64,000 nucleotides of DNA from Antedon mediterranea (Eukaryota; Animalia; Echinodermata). The notes under the pieces were generated by a model. It did no database searches and had not been told where the DNA came from. It was given only the letters and a program-made list of their open reading frames with translations. Location of the stretch: positions 4,928,201 through 4,992,200 of the forward strand of contig NC_092679.1 in NCBI RefSeq assembly GCF_964355755.1, given 5' to 3'. Shown one piece after another: positions 24,834 through 61,100 of this stretch (position 1 is the stretch's first letter; each line of letters begins with the position of its first letter). A program made the translations under genes and the position numbers.

Positions 24834-27800
24834 CAATAGGTGTGGTGAATTTTGTCCAAGATGGGGAAATTTCTGTCCAGAATGGGGAAATATTTTGTCC
24901 AGAATAAGGACAAAAGCGATAGGTGGCGCTATAATCGTGTCCAAGATGGGGAAGCTGTCCAATATAGAGAAATCCGATTTGTCCAAAATGGGGAAATTTC
25001 TGTCCAAGATGGGGAAGTGGTGGCGCTATATCGTGTCCAAAATGGGGAAATTTCTGTCCAGGATGGTGAAGTGGTGGCGCTATATCGTGTCCAAAATGGG
25101 GAAATTTCTGTCCAGGATGGGGAAATGCTGTGTCAAAAATAGGGAAGCTGTCCAATATAGAGAAATCCGATTTGTCTAGAATGGGGAAATTTCTGTCCAG
25201 AATGGGGAAGTGCTGTGTCCAAGATGGGGAAGTTGTCCAATATAGAGAAAGACGATTTGTCCAAAATGGAGAAATTTCTGTCCAGAATGGGGAAGTGCTG
25301 TGTCCAAAATAGGGAAGCTGCACAATATAGAGAAAGCAAAACATTAAAACAACATAAGACACTTTTTTTTGTTTTAAAACTTTAATTAAGTTCACACTTC
25401 TAATCTGAAAACACAACAAAATGTACATAATAATAACAGTACTATGTTACACTTTACAAGTACATTTGAAGTGGAAAGGTGTTCTATTAATTAAATAATT
25501 ACCACCGTTATCAGCTAATTTTAAGTATAATAAACATAGTGAGGGATGTGGTTCCAATTTACTTCTGAAGTAAATTTTCACTGAATCTATACATTTATCT
25601 GACGTTAAAAACTACAGTATATTATATTAAATTCCAAGCATAAAAACCACAAAAAAATTAGTACCGGCACCGCCATTATTATACCACATCAGTAAGAGTA
25701 CAGAATATTTATTAATATATTTAATACATGTTGTCACTTCTTTTTCTTCTTTCTATCCTTTTTATTTTTTCTTTATTTGTTTTTGTTTTTGTTTTTTTTT
25801 TCGACCACAGGCCGCGGGTATTAATCTATCGTCACATGCAGTAATTCCACATGGAATTTCGACCACATGATGGAATCCTTGAGTTATTATAGTAACTCAA
25901 TGGTTTAAAATCAAACGTACACGCCGAATCATTTATTTCCAGCTATAAACTAAGTGATATCATTGACAAATCGTGCAATATTTGGCCTAATTTTAACTAA
26001 TTAACTAATTCTCACTTTACAATAGTATACGAGTGTTTGCATATTTGTAACATAGTATTAATTAGTGCTTTAAATACGTTATTTCCTACTCCAAATAGGC
26101 ATAGTTTAGGGCTAATAATTATGTTGATATTAAAATATGATTAACAGCCAGTGCTTTGCATTTTCTGTAAGGTTTATGCTCAATTAGATTTTTTTTGGGG
26201 GTTAAATTTCTCTCAAAATCTTTGTGTCTATACAAATGTTATTAGTGAGCAACTATTCTGTCAATGTGTATTCCTTTAAATTTACCAGGGAGTGAATTGC
26301 TGTGCTGATTTATTATGGCTACTGATGTTCTTCCCATTTTCTTGAAAACTTTCCCATTCTGCCGATCATCTCTAATTCCATCAAGAAAAATTTTCATAGT
26401 ATTAAGTAATTCACTCGTCGAATCTGCAGCATTTTTACTATTAATATTTATTATTGATGAGGAACCAATTTTATTCTTATGCAATAATTGAAGTGTTTCT
26501 CCGTAAACATTACCTAAAGGTACAAGAAACACATGATCCTCGGCCTAAGGTAACTTTCCTAAGTATACAATAGTGTTTATGTAGTTGTAGAGCGAATGTA
26601 TGTCCTTAACCATCTGTTGATCTTGCTTGTGGGTCTCTCTTCTTGCTTCGGTTCGTAACCGCTCTTGTTGATCATATATTTTCTTTTTATGAGTACATCT
26701 TTCGCACATGACATGTGTTATGCATTCCTTATGATAAGGCTTGTGGCATGTAAAGCAGTTGATGACTTGTGGAGTGATGGGTGTGTTGCAGCAGTTTGTC
26801 AGAGGTATTGCGGACATCCTTGATGCAGGGGCATTGTGGCAGTTATCAATTTCTAAATATCCACGCAAAATCTCCCTTCTCAAATGCTTCAACAAGCTTC
26901 CGCCTAACAACCCTCTCGTCTTCTTCAAATCGTAGTGTTGATGGATCTTTTCCTGCACATAGTGCAGCAGCAAATGCAAATGCTATACAAAAATGGCCAC
27001 AAGTGTTACTTGCATAAGGTTGTTGCTGTACACCATGTAGGCCTACGTGAAAATTCATGTTGGGAATGCTGGGTTCCATCAACTTGCATGCCACCTGAGT
27101 CAATTCTAACGGGTAATTTCTTGGATTCAATGTCTGTAAACTATCGTACACATCGACGTTACTATTGGTAAGTTGTTGGTACCAATGCTTGTCTGATATT
27201 GTAATCCAGTTCGAACATATTGTGTAGTCTTGACAAAATTGTGCATTTGCTGTTGATAGATGGTGTCTTGCAATCCACGTGTTTCTGGATAGTTTCTCTT
27301 TAGAATTATGTTGGCGGCATTTATAATCCTATTATCTACCTCATTATGTCTCTCTTCTACAAGCTTTTTATGGTGTAATCATAGTTGGTATTCCTTCAGC
27401 CACCAGTCATTGGGTTCATCAGTCGTTTGTGCTACAACACTTGACTTAAGCGTTGAAATAATCAGTCTTCCAAGACTATCTTTGGTTGTTTTAAGACCGA
27501 ACGACTTGTTAATGTACTTAATGTGGTTTCCATTTAATTTATTATTTCGACGGTGTACTAAGGATTTTACCATAAATAAATGATTCGCTATTGACATTTC
27601 ATTTAAAAAATGCTTGAACTTATTTAATTAGGAATACAATTGTTCTGCAACTTGTGTATTTGTTTTAGACTTCGATTGTGGTACAAAATTAATTTAAAAA
27701 AAAAATTCAGTTTCGCTATTTGTGTTAGCCTCATGAAATCGGTCGAAAAGCGCGTACGTGCTGCTTTGTCCAGCTAGTTACAGGATGCCCGGTTTGCGAC

Positions 27801-29720
27801 GTCGCACGAAGCCCATTAAAAGTATTAACTTTTGCACACCAAATATTCTCCTCTGTAGAATCAGCTTCTCTTCCTTCGAACGGAAAGAACATTGGCTCTG
27901 TTTGACCATCATAATGCAAATTGTTACCAAATTTTGCAACAACGTGTGTCATGTGCACAATTATTATATTTGGCTTATGTTTCATTGACATGATTATGTC
28001 TGTGTAATCTCGAGGCGATTCTGCTCGTAGGACAAACTTAATTCCGTAGACTACTCCATGGGGACAATGTGATGTTAATATTCCCCCGGAACACCCCCAG
28101 ATTTTCTTCATTATTCTATTGAAATTATTATGGTTCTTGGCTAAAGCCTCCCTTATACTACAAATAATGTCCAACTTACTTCCTTTTGATGCAAGATTGA
28201 TAGTTTTAGCTATTTTCTTGACTTCTTTAACAGTAGATTGGTGGAGCATTTCAAAAAGTCTCTCCTCACTCATATGTCTGCAGTCAGCAGTCAAGTTACC
28301 GTCTTCTGAAACTTTCCTGAATCCTGTGTTGTAAATTAAATTGTCTTTTCTTGTATGCTCACCGATAAACGGAGACCATTCGTTCAGACCAGCCGTTATT
28401 GGAAAATGATTTACGAGGCCTCTAGATAGTATATGCAAACTAACTCGTTCATAAAATTCTATGAAATCTACTTTTTCTTTACATTCACGAGGCTTGCCAA
28501 GTTCAGAAAAAGCTGTCCTAAAATGAACCTTTCTGTTCACATCCATGATCATTATTGTGGGATGGTAAACACATATATTGCAATGCATATCTTCATTGAT
28601 ATTTGATTGAGCTTCAAATGCTAAATAAGCATTCAACACCAATGTTTGATCAATTTCTATGCCCGATGTTTCGCTTAACAATGCTACCAGTAGCTATGTG
28701 ATGATCCACGCCTGACCTAAGCCATAGACAAACATCAAAATCCAATACAAAATGAATCATTATAGTTATAAATACCAAGTTCATAATCTTTGTAATGGTA
28801 AGTCATTGAACATTTTGGGCACATATTTGACAGTTTCTCTTTTATACAATTCGGAAAAATCGAATTTATTAGGCCTTGGATACTGTAGTTTCTCTAATTT
28901 GGACACAGCACTTCTCTATTCTGGAGAAATTTGTCAAAATTATATTTTTCTGCTAAAAATTTCTCTATTTTAGACAACATTTCCCCACTTTGGACAAATC
29001 GGATTTCTATATATTGGACAGTTTCTCTATTTTGGACACAGCCCTTCTCTCGGGGCAAAATGTCCCCATTTTGGACAAATCGGATTTCTCTATATTGGAC
29101 AGCTCTATTTTGGACACAGCACTTCTCCATCCTGGACAGAAATTTCCCCATTTTGGACAAATCGGATTTATCTATATTGGACAGCTTCCTTATTTTGGAC
29201 ACAGCAATTCCCCATCCTAGACAGAAATTTCCCCATTTTGGACAAATCGGATTTCTCTATATTGGACAGCTTCTATTTCAGACACAGCATTTCCCCATTC
29301 TGGACAGAAATTTCTTCATTTTGGACAAATCGGATTTCTCTATATTGGACAGCTTCTCTATTTTTGACACAGCATTTCCCCATCCTGGACAGAAATTTCC
29401 CCATTTTGGACACGATATAGCGCCACCACTTCCCCATCTTGGACAGAAATTTCCCCATTTTGGACACGATATAGCACCACCACTTCCCCATCTTGGACAG
29501 AAATTTCCCCATTTTGGACACGATATAGCGCCACCACTTCCCCATCTTGGACAGAAATTTCCCCATTTTGGACAAATCGGATTTCTCTATATTGGACAGC
29601 TTCCCCATCTTGGACACGATTATAGCGCCACCTATCGCTATTGTTCTTATTCTGGACAAAATATTTCCCCATTCTGGACAGAAATTTCCCCATCTTGGAC
29701 AAAATTCACCAACCCGTCTC
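24834..29720 (-). mobile_element. Decayed Zisupton/KDZ-like DNA transposon with long modular TIRs
   Basis: TIRs at ~24834-25335 and ~28895-29720 are built from GTCCAAAATGGGGAA-type modules. Direct repeat AGAATTTT(CA) flanks both ends (24826 and 29721). The interior holds frameshifted transposase, protease and PHD remnants. Confidence 0.85.
26545..28681 (-). pseudogene. Frameshifted Zisupton/HMGXB3-like transposase with SAP motif, Ulp1-like protease and PHD-like finger
   Basis: Motifs in order: CNICVYHPTIMIMDVNRK; SAP-like TVKEVKKIAKTINLASKGSKLDII; SGGILTSHCPHGVVYGIKFVLRAESPRDYTDIIMS; NTQVAEQLYS (~27640-27660); YDSL...QQQPYASNTCGHFCIAFA; CFTCHKPYHKEC. They are spread across several reading frames. 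Confidence 0.75.
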
Positions 29721-29762
29721 AGAATTTTCACACTGTTTATAGTTTATTAAAAATTTAGTATA

Positions 29763-32145
29763 CTAGATGGCACGCTCGCTTCGCTCGCGTACCATCTAGG
29801 GGTGCTCACAGATGGTTCTCGAATACAGTAGAATCCACGGACGGGGACATTTTTGGGACACTAAACAAAAACGGAAGTGTCCCCCTAATTGGGGTATTCA
29901 GAAATAGAGACAACAAAACCAATACTGGATTCCATAAAGGACAATTAATTTATGTGGATTAAAGAAATTAGGGAGAAATGGAAATGTATGTGCGGGAATT
30001 GGGCGGCACGTGGTGGTGGTGATGGAACCGCAGTAATAAAGTTGATTGTATTTATATATTATAAGAACCAAACTAAATAAATAGACCTAGACATTCTGCG
30101 GAATGGAAATCGGAAATGCAAGCTCCTATTCAGTGAAAAATTAAACTGTAGTCTACCTAAAAAATCATCGGTTGTGGTGTTGAAATTCCTGTAAACATTT
30201 GTGTGAACCAAACTGAAATGAGTACTGATTTGTTGGCCTGTGATTTATGACGCCTAAGGGATCTATCTAGACTTATTTTTTAGAATAATGTACGTACCTG
30301 TCAGATACAATTGTCTTGTGTCGTATAATAAATAAGTACTGTAATAGTTACTGAAGTTACTATTACAATCTCGTCAATGAAAACACGAAAATGTATATGC
30401 GCTTACTTATGAAAACGTATACAGTATTATACTCAGTTATTGAAACAGTAGGTTTAAAAAAGTTTCGTTTGTCTGTAAAATGATGTAATCAAGCTGTTTA
30501 CATGAGTCTTAATTTATAAGCACATAAACTTACATAGAAAGTAGGGTATCATAAATTTGGCCTTAGCACTCGGGGGAGTGGCTAAGATGAAGTCCGTGGG
30601 ACTACTAAATATAAATTGTAATGAACCTCGAGGGACATAAATAGGAATATTTCATGTTTCATTATCAATGTATAATAAATGGAAACTGTTTACCGATTCA
30701 AATAATAGAAATTGGTTTTTAACATTTTCCGAACCTATTGCAAGTTTATTCTCAAAGGGCCCATATATTTACCTACCGTATGTGTTAAACCAAGGGCTCA
30801 TAAATTTACCTACAGTACTTGTGTTAAACCAAACTCTGGCAGACTGAGAGATTGGGATGTTCCATTCATCGCAAATCAATACATTTGTATAATCGTATAT
30901 TAAATCTATCAAAATAGTATTTTTTAAAGAAAATCGGCCTGTCTTCAACATTATGATGGTGTACTCTAGCAATCTATCAAAATAGTATTTTTTAAAGAAA
31001 ATCGGCCTGTCTTCAACATTATGATGGTGTACTCTAGCTGTTCAACCGGTTTTCAGCTATTAAAAACAATTATCGTAGGAGGAGATAGGAAAATGCGAAG
31101 CCTCCTCGCTATGTAACATTAGGGTTGAGGGATGGGAAAGCGGATAGGTACAAAGAGGAACAATTTTTAAATATATTTTTTATCCACTGAGTAACGAAAT
31201 ATTTTGTTCATGTTTTATAGGCCTATAAATAATATACCTCTAAATACAGTAGGCCTAAAACATTTGCGATTTAATACTTTGTTAAAACTGTCACTGTCAT
31301 AATCGATTGAAATATTAAAGTACATGTCACGATACACCACTACGACGTTTATATTTTTGGTAATTATTAATTAATACAAACGTTGAGAAGGAACTGTCAG
31401 TATAAAGTTTATTTGTATATCTAACAGTAGAGCCTATCCACAGTCTCAGTAATAAAGTTTATTTGTATATATTTTTATATTACATCTAACAGTACGAACA
31501 TTCACAGTAAGAAATGTTCGATTCAAATGAAAAATAGTTAATAGGTATTTACAGTATTGTCAAAGTATTGCAAGTTTATTCTCAAAGGGCCCATATATTT
31601 ACCTACCGTATGTGTTAAACCAAAGGCTCATAAATTTACCTACAGTACTTGTGTTAAACCAAACTCTGGCAGACTGAGAGATTGGGATGTTCCATTCATC
31701 GCAAATCAATACATTTGTATAATCGTATATTAAATCTATCAAAATAGTATTTTTTAAAGAAAATCGGCCTGTCTTCAACATTATGATGGTGTACTCTAGC
31801 TGTTCAACCGGTTTTCAGCTATTAAAAACAATTATCGTAGGAGGAGATAGAAAAATGCGAAGCCTCCTCGCATTTTTTTGGCGGGTATTTTTCAAGATGG
31901 ACATCCATTAGACAGTGTATACCACGATCGGAAAACACCCCTATTTGGGGCAAATCGTTGAACCTAAATTCGTTTTAATCGTCAATAACTAATTATCTAA
32001 CTCAATTTAATTAGTAAACAGGGTTACATCAGGCGGTTAAAATCAGTACCGAAAGTACGAACCAACTTTACATACCATCGAGTGAAAATTCTAGAAGTAA
32101 GGCGCGATTTACCGAATTTTGCCCTTACGTAAATTTATATATAGA
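29763..32145 (-). mobile_element. Non-autonomous Helitron (copy 2, 2383 bp) with extra internal DNA and internal duplications
   Basis: Same termini as copy 1 (CTAGATGGCACGCTCGCTTCGCTCGCGTACCATCTAG ... AATTTATATATAGA), inserted A|T. Segment ~30737-31110 duplicates ~31567-31870. Confidence 0.9.
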
Positions 32146-33254
32146 TTATGCAAGATTGCAATGAATTATAAAAATGTGTTGTTTTATTGTCACATAATAG
32201 TTATTTTACCTGAAAAAATGTAATTTAAAGCAAAAAAATACTTAAACTGTCTGTCAGACAATGGTTTTTGAGTTATAATTAAACTTTTCTTTCTCTTTTT
32301 ATATGTGAACAAATATAAATTGTATTTGTATAATCTGTATTTAATATCAGTCACTTAGTTTATTTCATTGCTAAGGTCAAGTCTGGGGGTCACTTTATCA
32401 GCCTAGATACTTCAAGTGTGAAGTATCATGGGACTCATAAATACCAGAAATGCTTTTGGATTTGTCGTTCAGACTCTTTTCACAGACGTTTTGTGGGTCC
32501 AGCAGCTGTTACCTATAAATTATAGTCGAGTATGCATTTTCGCATTTCTGTCATCCTTAGATATATAACTTCTGCTTACTTCCGTTTTATTAATGAGTCA
32601 TCCTCCTGGGACGTAGCGGCTAAAGCAGCAGCGTGAAAATGCATTCAAAATAGTTGTGTGTATTGTTCTACTGTTTAAAGATGTAATTGTCCCCCAAAAA
32701 CATGAAAAATGAAGATTTAAAAAATCAGACTTTGAATGAGTATGCCATTTTGCAAGTTAATAAAGTTATTAAAAACAGGATTAAACTTTCTTTCTCATTT
32801 CTGTTTTGAGTGATGATTGGAAAAAATATAAATAATCCCATCAACAAAAAGGAATAATCTTACCGTGTAATATAAATAATAATAATAATTTAATTGTCTG
32901 GCTGTTTTACTTTTTGATTATGTTTTGATTTAGCTTTTTGCTTGTTTTTTTTTCTCCATTTGAGATTCAGCTACTGATACCCACAGCATTGTCAGTTTTC
33001 AGTATATGCCTATTAAAGTATTACTGTATAATTAATATCTGACAATATACCACTGGCTTTATTAAACTTTTTTCTATTTAAAATACATGAAAAAAACAAA
33101 TATATCAAAAGTAAAATAGAATATACCAAGCGTGTATAGATTGACCAAAATAAAATGTAAAACAATCAATTAACCAAGATAAACAAAACATTTTTAGATT
33201 AAATACCGACTGTTGTTCTTACCGCGATTTTCATAGAAACAATTAGGCGTGCAC

Positions 33255-33267
33255 AAGTCAAAGGTCA
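33255..33267 (+). promoter_or_regulatory. Possible DR1 nuclear-receptor element upstream of the pecanex ATG
   Basis: AAGTCA-A-AGGTCA, 130 bp 5' of the start codon. Motif match only. Confidence 0.2.
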
Positions 33268-33396
33268 TAGAGTAGAGCAAGGCGTATGAAAGAAGAATTG
33301 AGATCCGTCGATAAAACGATTGACTTTAAATTGGTATAATGTTGTTTATAAATCGAATTATTGACACTAAATACCATCTAATATGTTAGTTAAAAT

Positions 33397-55936
<22,540 letters not shown>

Positions 55937-56065
55937 GAATACATTTATAGTGGTTTTTAACATGTGCAATGCAAAGAATATAAGATACATAGTAAGAAAA
56001 AATATACAATGTAGCAACATTGTAAATGTTCAGCTATATTAGACTTATATTATAGGTTTACACAA

Positions 56066-56600
56066 CATACATGTACGCTACATACTTGTACCGTATATCA
56101 TGTGTACGCTACCTACATGTACGCTACATAAATTTATGATACATCTATGTATGCTACATAAATGTACACTATATATGTGTACACTACATACATGTACGCT
56201 ACCTACATGTACGCTACATAAATTTATGCTACATATGTGTATGCTACATAAGTGTATGAGACATACGTGTATGCTACATACATGTACGCTACATAAATGT
56301 ACACTATATATGTGTATGTTACATATGTGTATGCTACATACATGTACGCTACATATGTGTACGCTACATACGTGTACAATATTTACGTGTACTACATAAG
56401 TGTACGCTATATACGTATATGCTACATAAATGTACACTACATACGTGTACGCTACATAAGTGTACGCTACATATGTGTACGCTACATATGTGTATGCTAC
56501 ATAAAAGTATGCTACATAAATGTACGCTACATCCATGTATGCTACATACATGTATGCTACATACATGTATGTTCATATGTGTACGATACATATGTATACT
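56066..56600. repeat. ~15-bp minisatellite (TGTACGCTACATACA-like) downstream of the pecanex stop
   Basis: Roughly 35 degenerate units. It accounts for the low-complexity ORFs in all frames here. Confidence 0.9.
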
Positions 56601-58131
56601 ACCTATTTGTATGAATGATTCAAATATGTATGCTGCATATGTGTAACGTAATGTCCTATTCCCCTGATAATCAGATCTTCCCCACAATGCATGCCATATC
56701 TTCCAAGAAGTAGGTGTTCTCCCCCTCCCCCATCACAACCAACCTGTTTAACAGAAATGCCCCTCTTTTTCATAATTTAATTGGAGGAGTCCCATAATGT
56801 TGTCCTTTATCAAACAGCATGTGTCTTAGATATGATATAAGGTGCATTCCAATTTGTAAAGTGTTTGTGAAATGTTGAATATATTAATTTCTTTACATAT
56901 CGTTTATTCTATTCTTTACAGTTAAAATTAAACATGTTTTTTTTATGATTAATATAGTTTGAATTTAACACAGCTTGGCGCATAAAATATCAATCAATCA
57001 AAATTATTAATTGCAATATATAAAATGACACCAAAGTAGATCACTATGAATGTATGATAATAATTAGTCACTGAAAAATGAAAATTTTTTTAATTTAATT
57101 GGAACATTCTGTGTTTTAATTCTAAATTGATATGCAAAATGTATCTAATGCCTAATTTATAACTTAATCAAATAATAACTAAATGAATCACAGATCATAT
57201 TATTGATAAATCTAGTGAATAGAGAGGAAAATAATAATATAATAATTAATTAATATATTAATCGGATTATATGCAAAACTAGACTAAAATTTAAATTTAC
57301 AGAGCCGTTTAGTTCTAACCTTATGATGGTCCTAATACACAGACACTTGCCAAATCTAATTATTACTTTTGTATTTGACAGTTGTTTTTATTACTGATTT
57401 TATAATTGTAATGCTGTTTAAATGTGCATAATCACTGATATAGACTCGAAAGCTGCGTGGCGTGGAATCGGAAAGTCGCTAGGGAGGGAGGGTACTTTGT
57501 GGAGCAGAGATGGGGAGATTAGACAATTGCAATTCCATTTTTTCCTTCATTATTTATATGTTTGTATCAATTATATTGAATTCAATTCAATTCAATATTG
57601 AATTGAATTGAATTATAATACAACATAGCTATGCCTTCGTCTATTTCTATACATGTAAAACACAATTAATTAGTACCGTGATATACTAGCATAGTACCCA
57701 TAGTTAACCATTTCAGCTCTGGAGGTACAGCTATTTCTTTTTTAGTACACATTCACTAAAATATCAATATCTTTATTTAAGAAATATCGGGGGTTTTTTT
57801 TAATGTTTAAAAAACTATTTATTTAGTTTAAATATTTTTGGAGTTATTTTTTATTGATTTTTTGTTAAGGAGTGAGGTCTTGATTTATTGAGAAAAAATG
57901 TATAAAAACATGAAACAGAATATAAAAAGCGTCATATTATATTTGTACGAATTGTAAGTATGAAAATAAATTTCTAGTTATACCAAGTAACTATGGTCTT
58001 TATTTGCCTTTATTTTTATTCGCTTTCCATGACGTACATTTCAATGCATGCTTAATATTTAAATAATGTGTTTTTACCAAACAATTATGTATCTAGAACT
58101 AAAGAATTTTGATATGGTTTATCAATTTTGC

Positions 58132-61100
58132 TTATTCGGCAATTAGTGGTTGGTAATCGTAACTTGTCTTTTCTGTTCGACGTTTTTTAACGTATAAACT
58201 GGCACCAACCAGGAAGACAACGTTCATAGCGACAAAGACTCCTATCAGAGGCATGCTGGAATGGTAGCTCTCTAAGTAGCTGTCTGCATTCACAGAGAGG
58301 TCTGAAATTAGAAGAAAAAAAACATCTTAAAATTTCATTTTTGTTATGATTTAGACACACCCAAGTATATGGCCTTGTTATAAACATAACACATAGCAAA
58401 GATATAGCAATTTTATATTCAATATAAAAAATAAAATAAACTTGTGTAAAATTTGCAGCAAACATTAAAATTGACAACAAAACATTATACATTTTTTTTT
58501 AAATACGGGGTTATTGTCAAGTATCCCGTTTAACGTTGATTCACATACAATTAAGATGCGGCCACTTTACGTCTCAAAATTTTTCATATTTTGTTTACAT
58601 CCATCGAGAAGTTTGAAATATATTTATTTATCAAAATGGAATTAAAGTTACCTTGTTGGTGCGAGACATCACGGCGAATGATAAATGGACCTCGAGTTAA
58701 CTGCTTTTTGACGTACGACGACTTGGAAACAGATCTTGTAACACGCTGATTGCAATTTCTGCTGCAACTAGTGTCTGTGGCATTGCAAACCGACATCTCA
58801 CAATGTACATACACCTAAAACACGTGGATATTCAAACTAATTTCATTTCAGTAGAGTTATTTGTACGTGTTTTTATATGAAGTGGTCTCAATTTAATCTA
58901 CAGTAGGCCTACAATTTGTGTCAGTGGACCTATAAATGATTAACTCGATTTTTAGTCGCGTGCAACCCGCCTCTACAGCTCTGTCGGTCGGTCTGTCGAT
59001 CGGTCGGTAAACACTAAGTTGAGCACGCGACTGCTGCCATGTATTTTCTCACGTCACAAACAGTAGATGAAATTATTAATACACATGATGTTATTTTAAA
59101 TCAACGCCTTGTAGAAAACAGGCTTTATTGCATTGAATTGACTTATAACTGTACAACAAAGGTTCAGCTTTCTACTAGTAGATGGTAATAAAGAATGTTC
59201 TCCTTACCTCGCCCTCCTCCTCAATAAATCTGAACGAATCCAGTGAAAAATGTACGTCAGTGTTGCTACTAGGCATAAAGGTGATTGTATCGTCGGAAGG
59301 ACAACTGTAAAATAAATGTTTTCATTCTTTGTCAACTTAGGCCGACATGTTTCGTGTGTTTAAATCTGTATCTCATATGTGATAATGTCATCACGTCTTA
59401 GAGAGGCTTTTACTCTGGCTTTTGAATATCTATTCATGTTTTTATCCCACTGACCTGTTTGTGATGATGTCATAACGTGGTGAAGTAGTCTGGTCCGATG
59501 TTCGTGTGGCCACGCACTTATCAATATACAACTTAATCTCCGGTGTAAATGCTTTCACAGAAGCCCCCAAATACATAGTCTCATCAATATCCACAACGAC
59601 TGGATAAGCACTGTACTTGGTATTGAAGTCATCACCCGTGTACATGTCCAACGAGAAAGAGAAGTTGCCATTCTTTTCTACAGGATCTGAAATCACTTGA
59701 ACCTCTTGTGGATCGAAGTTTACTGCAGATTTTCCAGTATTTTTAAGAGAGCATTTAAATGGATGAATGGCTTGGTGTTCTCTGGAAATTGTGTCGCTGT
59801 CGCCAACTCGTTTGAAGTAAACTGCATTAGAATACTCGATGACGTCATCTTGATACTAAATGAAATAACCAGTCTTACTTTTGTTCTATATATGCTATGG
59901 AAATTGCCTAAATAATTGATTGTTTTATCACATATCAATAAAGCAAACACATTTTGTTATCTCTCCTCTACTGTTGGCACTACTATTTACTCTACCCGCT
60001 GATTTTCTGATAACCAGAAGAACACTCTCCAAAGTGAATCTTTAAAATAGTCTGATAATAACCAATATCTGTTATTGCGAATAGACAAACACGTCTATAT
60101 AGGCTAACCAACAATATTATGGCAACCATACTTACGGTAACTTCTGTTCCACATCTATCGTATCTGGTGTTGAAAACTAACCAGGAAATACCATCTTTCA
60201 AGACAATCTGATAGTCTGTGCAACTTGAATCGATTAAATGTGGAGCAAAATAAGTTGTGTCGATGAGAGAACTATCACCGATGTATAATGTCATACCAGT
60301 GTCACTGCACACCAAATCTAATTTAAAAGAGATATATGTTAGGATGGAGAGACGAAATTAGCAAATACACTAACAGAACAACCCGGACGAGAATGGCATA
60401 TTGAGACATTGTTTTGCATTTATGGCGTTCCATAACTATAGTTGAAGTAAAAATGTATATTAAATTAGCAAAGTCTATAAAGTTACAATGTTCAATGTGC
60501 ACTGTCTTTGTGGTACATAATTGGTCAAACATTTTTTATCTTATCTTTTTTATCTCATCATTGTTTCACACGATCTGGCTCCCTCGACAAATTATGATAG
60601 ACGTTTATTGTGATTTAAAAGAAAAATAAACTCAATATAAATACAAACCGTTTTGAACTACAGGTGCTATAGTAGGTACTGTAGAATCGCCATCATCTAT
60701 GATATTAAATGTAATCAAACAATTAAACAAACATAAAATATATGAACGCAATACATTTAACCATGGAGAAATAACTTATTTCTCCATGATTTAACATATC
60801 GGAGAATTTTCCTCCAAATCTCACTTGCACTGACGACGGATTAGTTTTAGTCACAAGCTCTGCTCGGCTGTTTTATTTATCGATTGATTTGGCTTTTTGC
60901 TTATCTTATGTATCTTCATTGAGATGAACTGCAGTTTAATTTTTACTGTAATTTGCCATTGAATTTATCTAAATTTGATGTATGACTTTACCAGTAGTTC
61001 GGCGATTGTAGATAGTTGTAGGTTTGTTTGCGTCTGGAAAATATAAGTTCATAATAAAAGATAATTGAATAATTTAGCAATCCAGTTTTTAAATTATGTG

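Noticed and set aside
24736-25428. ORFs rich in QKFPHFG/ILDRNFP (also 28894-29758)
   Set aside because: Open frames through the modular TIR repeats of the transposon.
56078-56687. Cys/His- or Tyr/Val-rich ORFs resembling metallothionein or membrane peptides
   Set aside because: Artefacts of a 15-bp minisatellite that is open in several frames on both strands.
57577-57615. (TTCAA)n/(TTGAA)n palindrome, and a 35-bp hairpin at ~60759-60793
   Set aside because: Short simple-repeat or MITE-remnant palindromes with no evidence of function.
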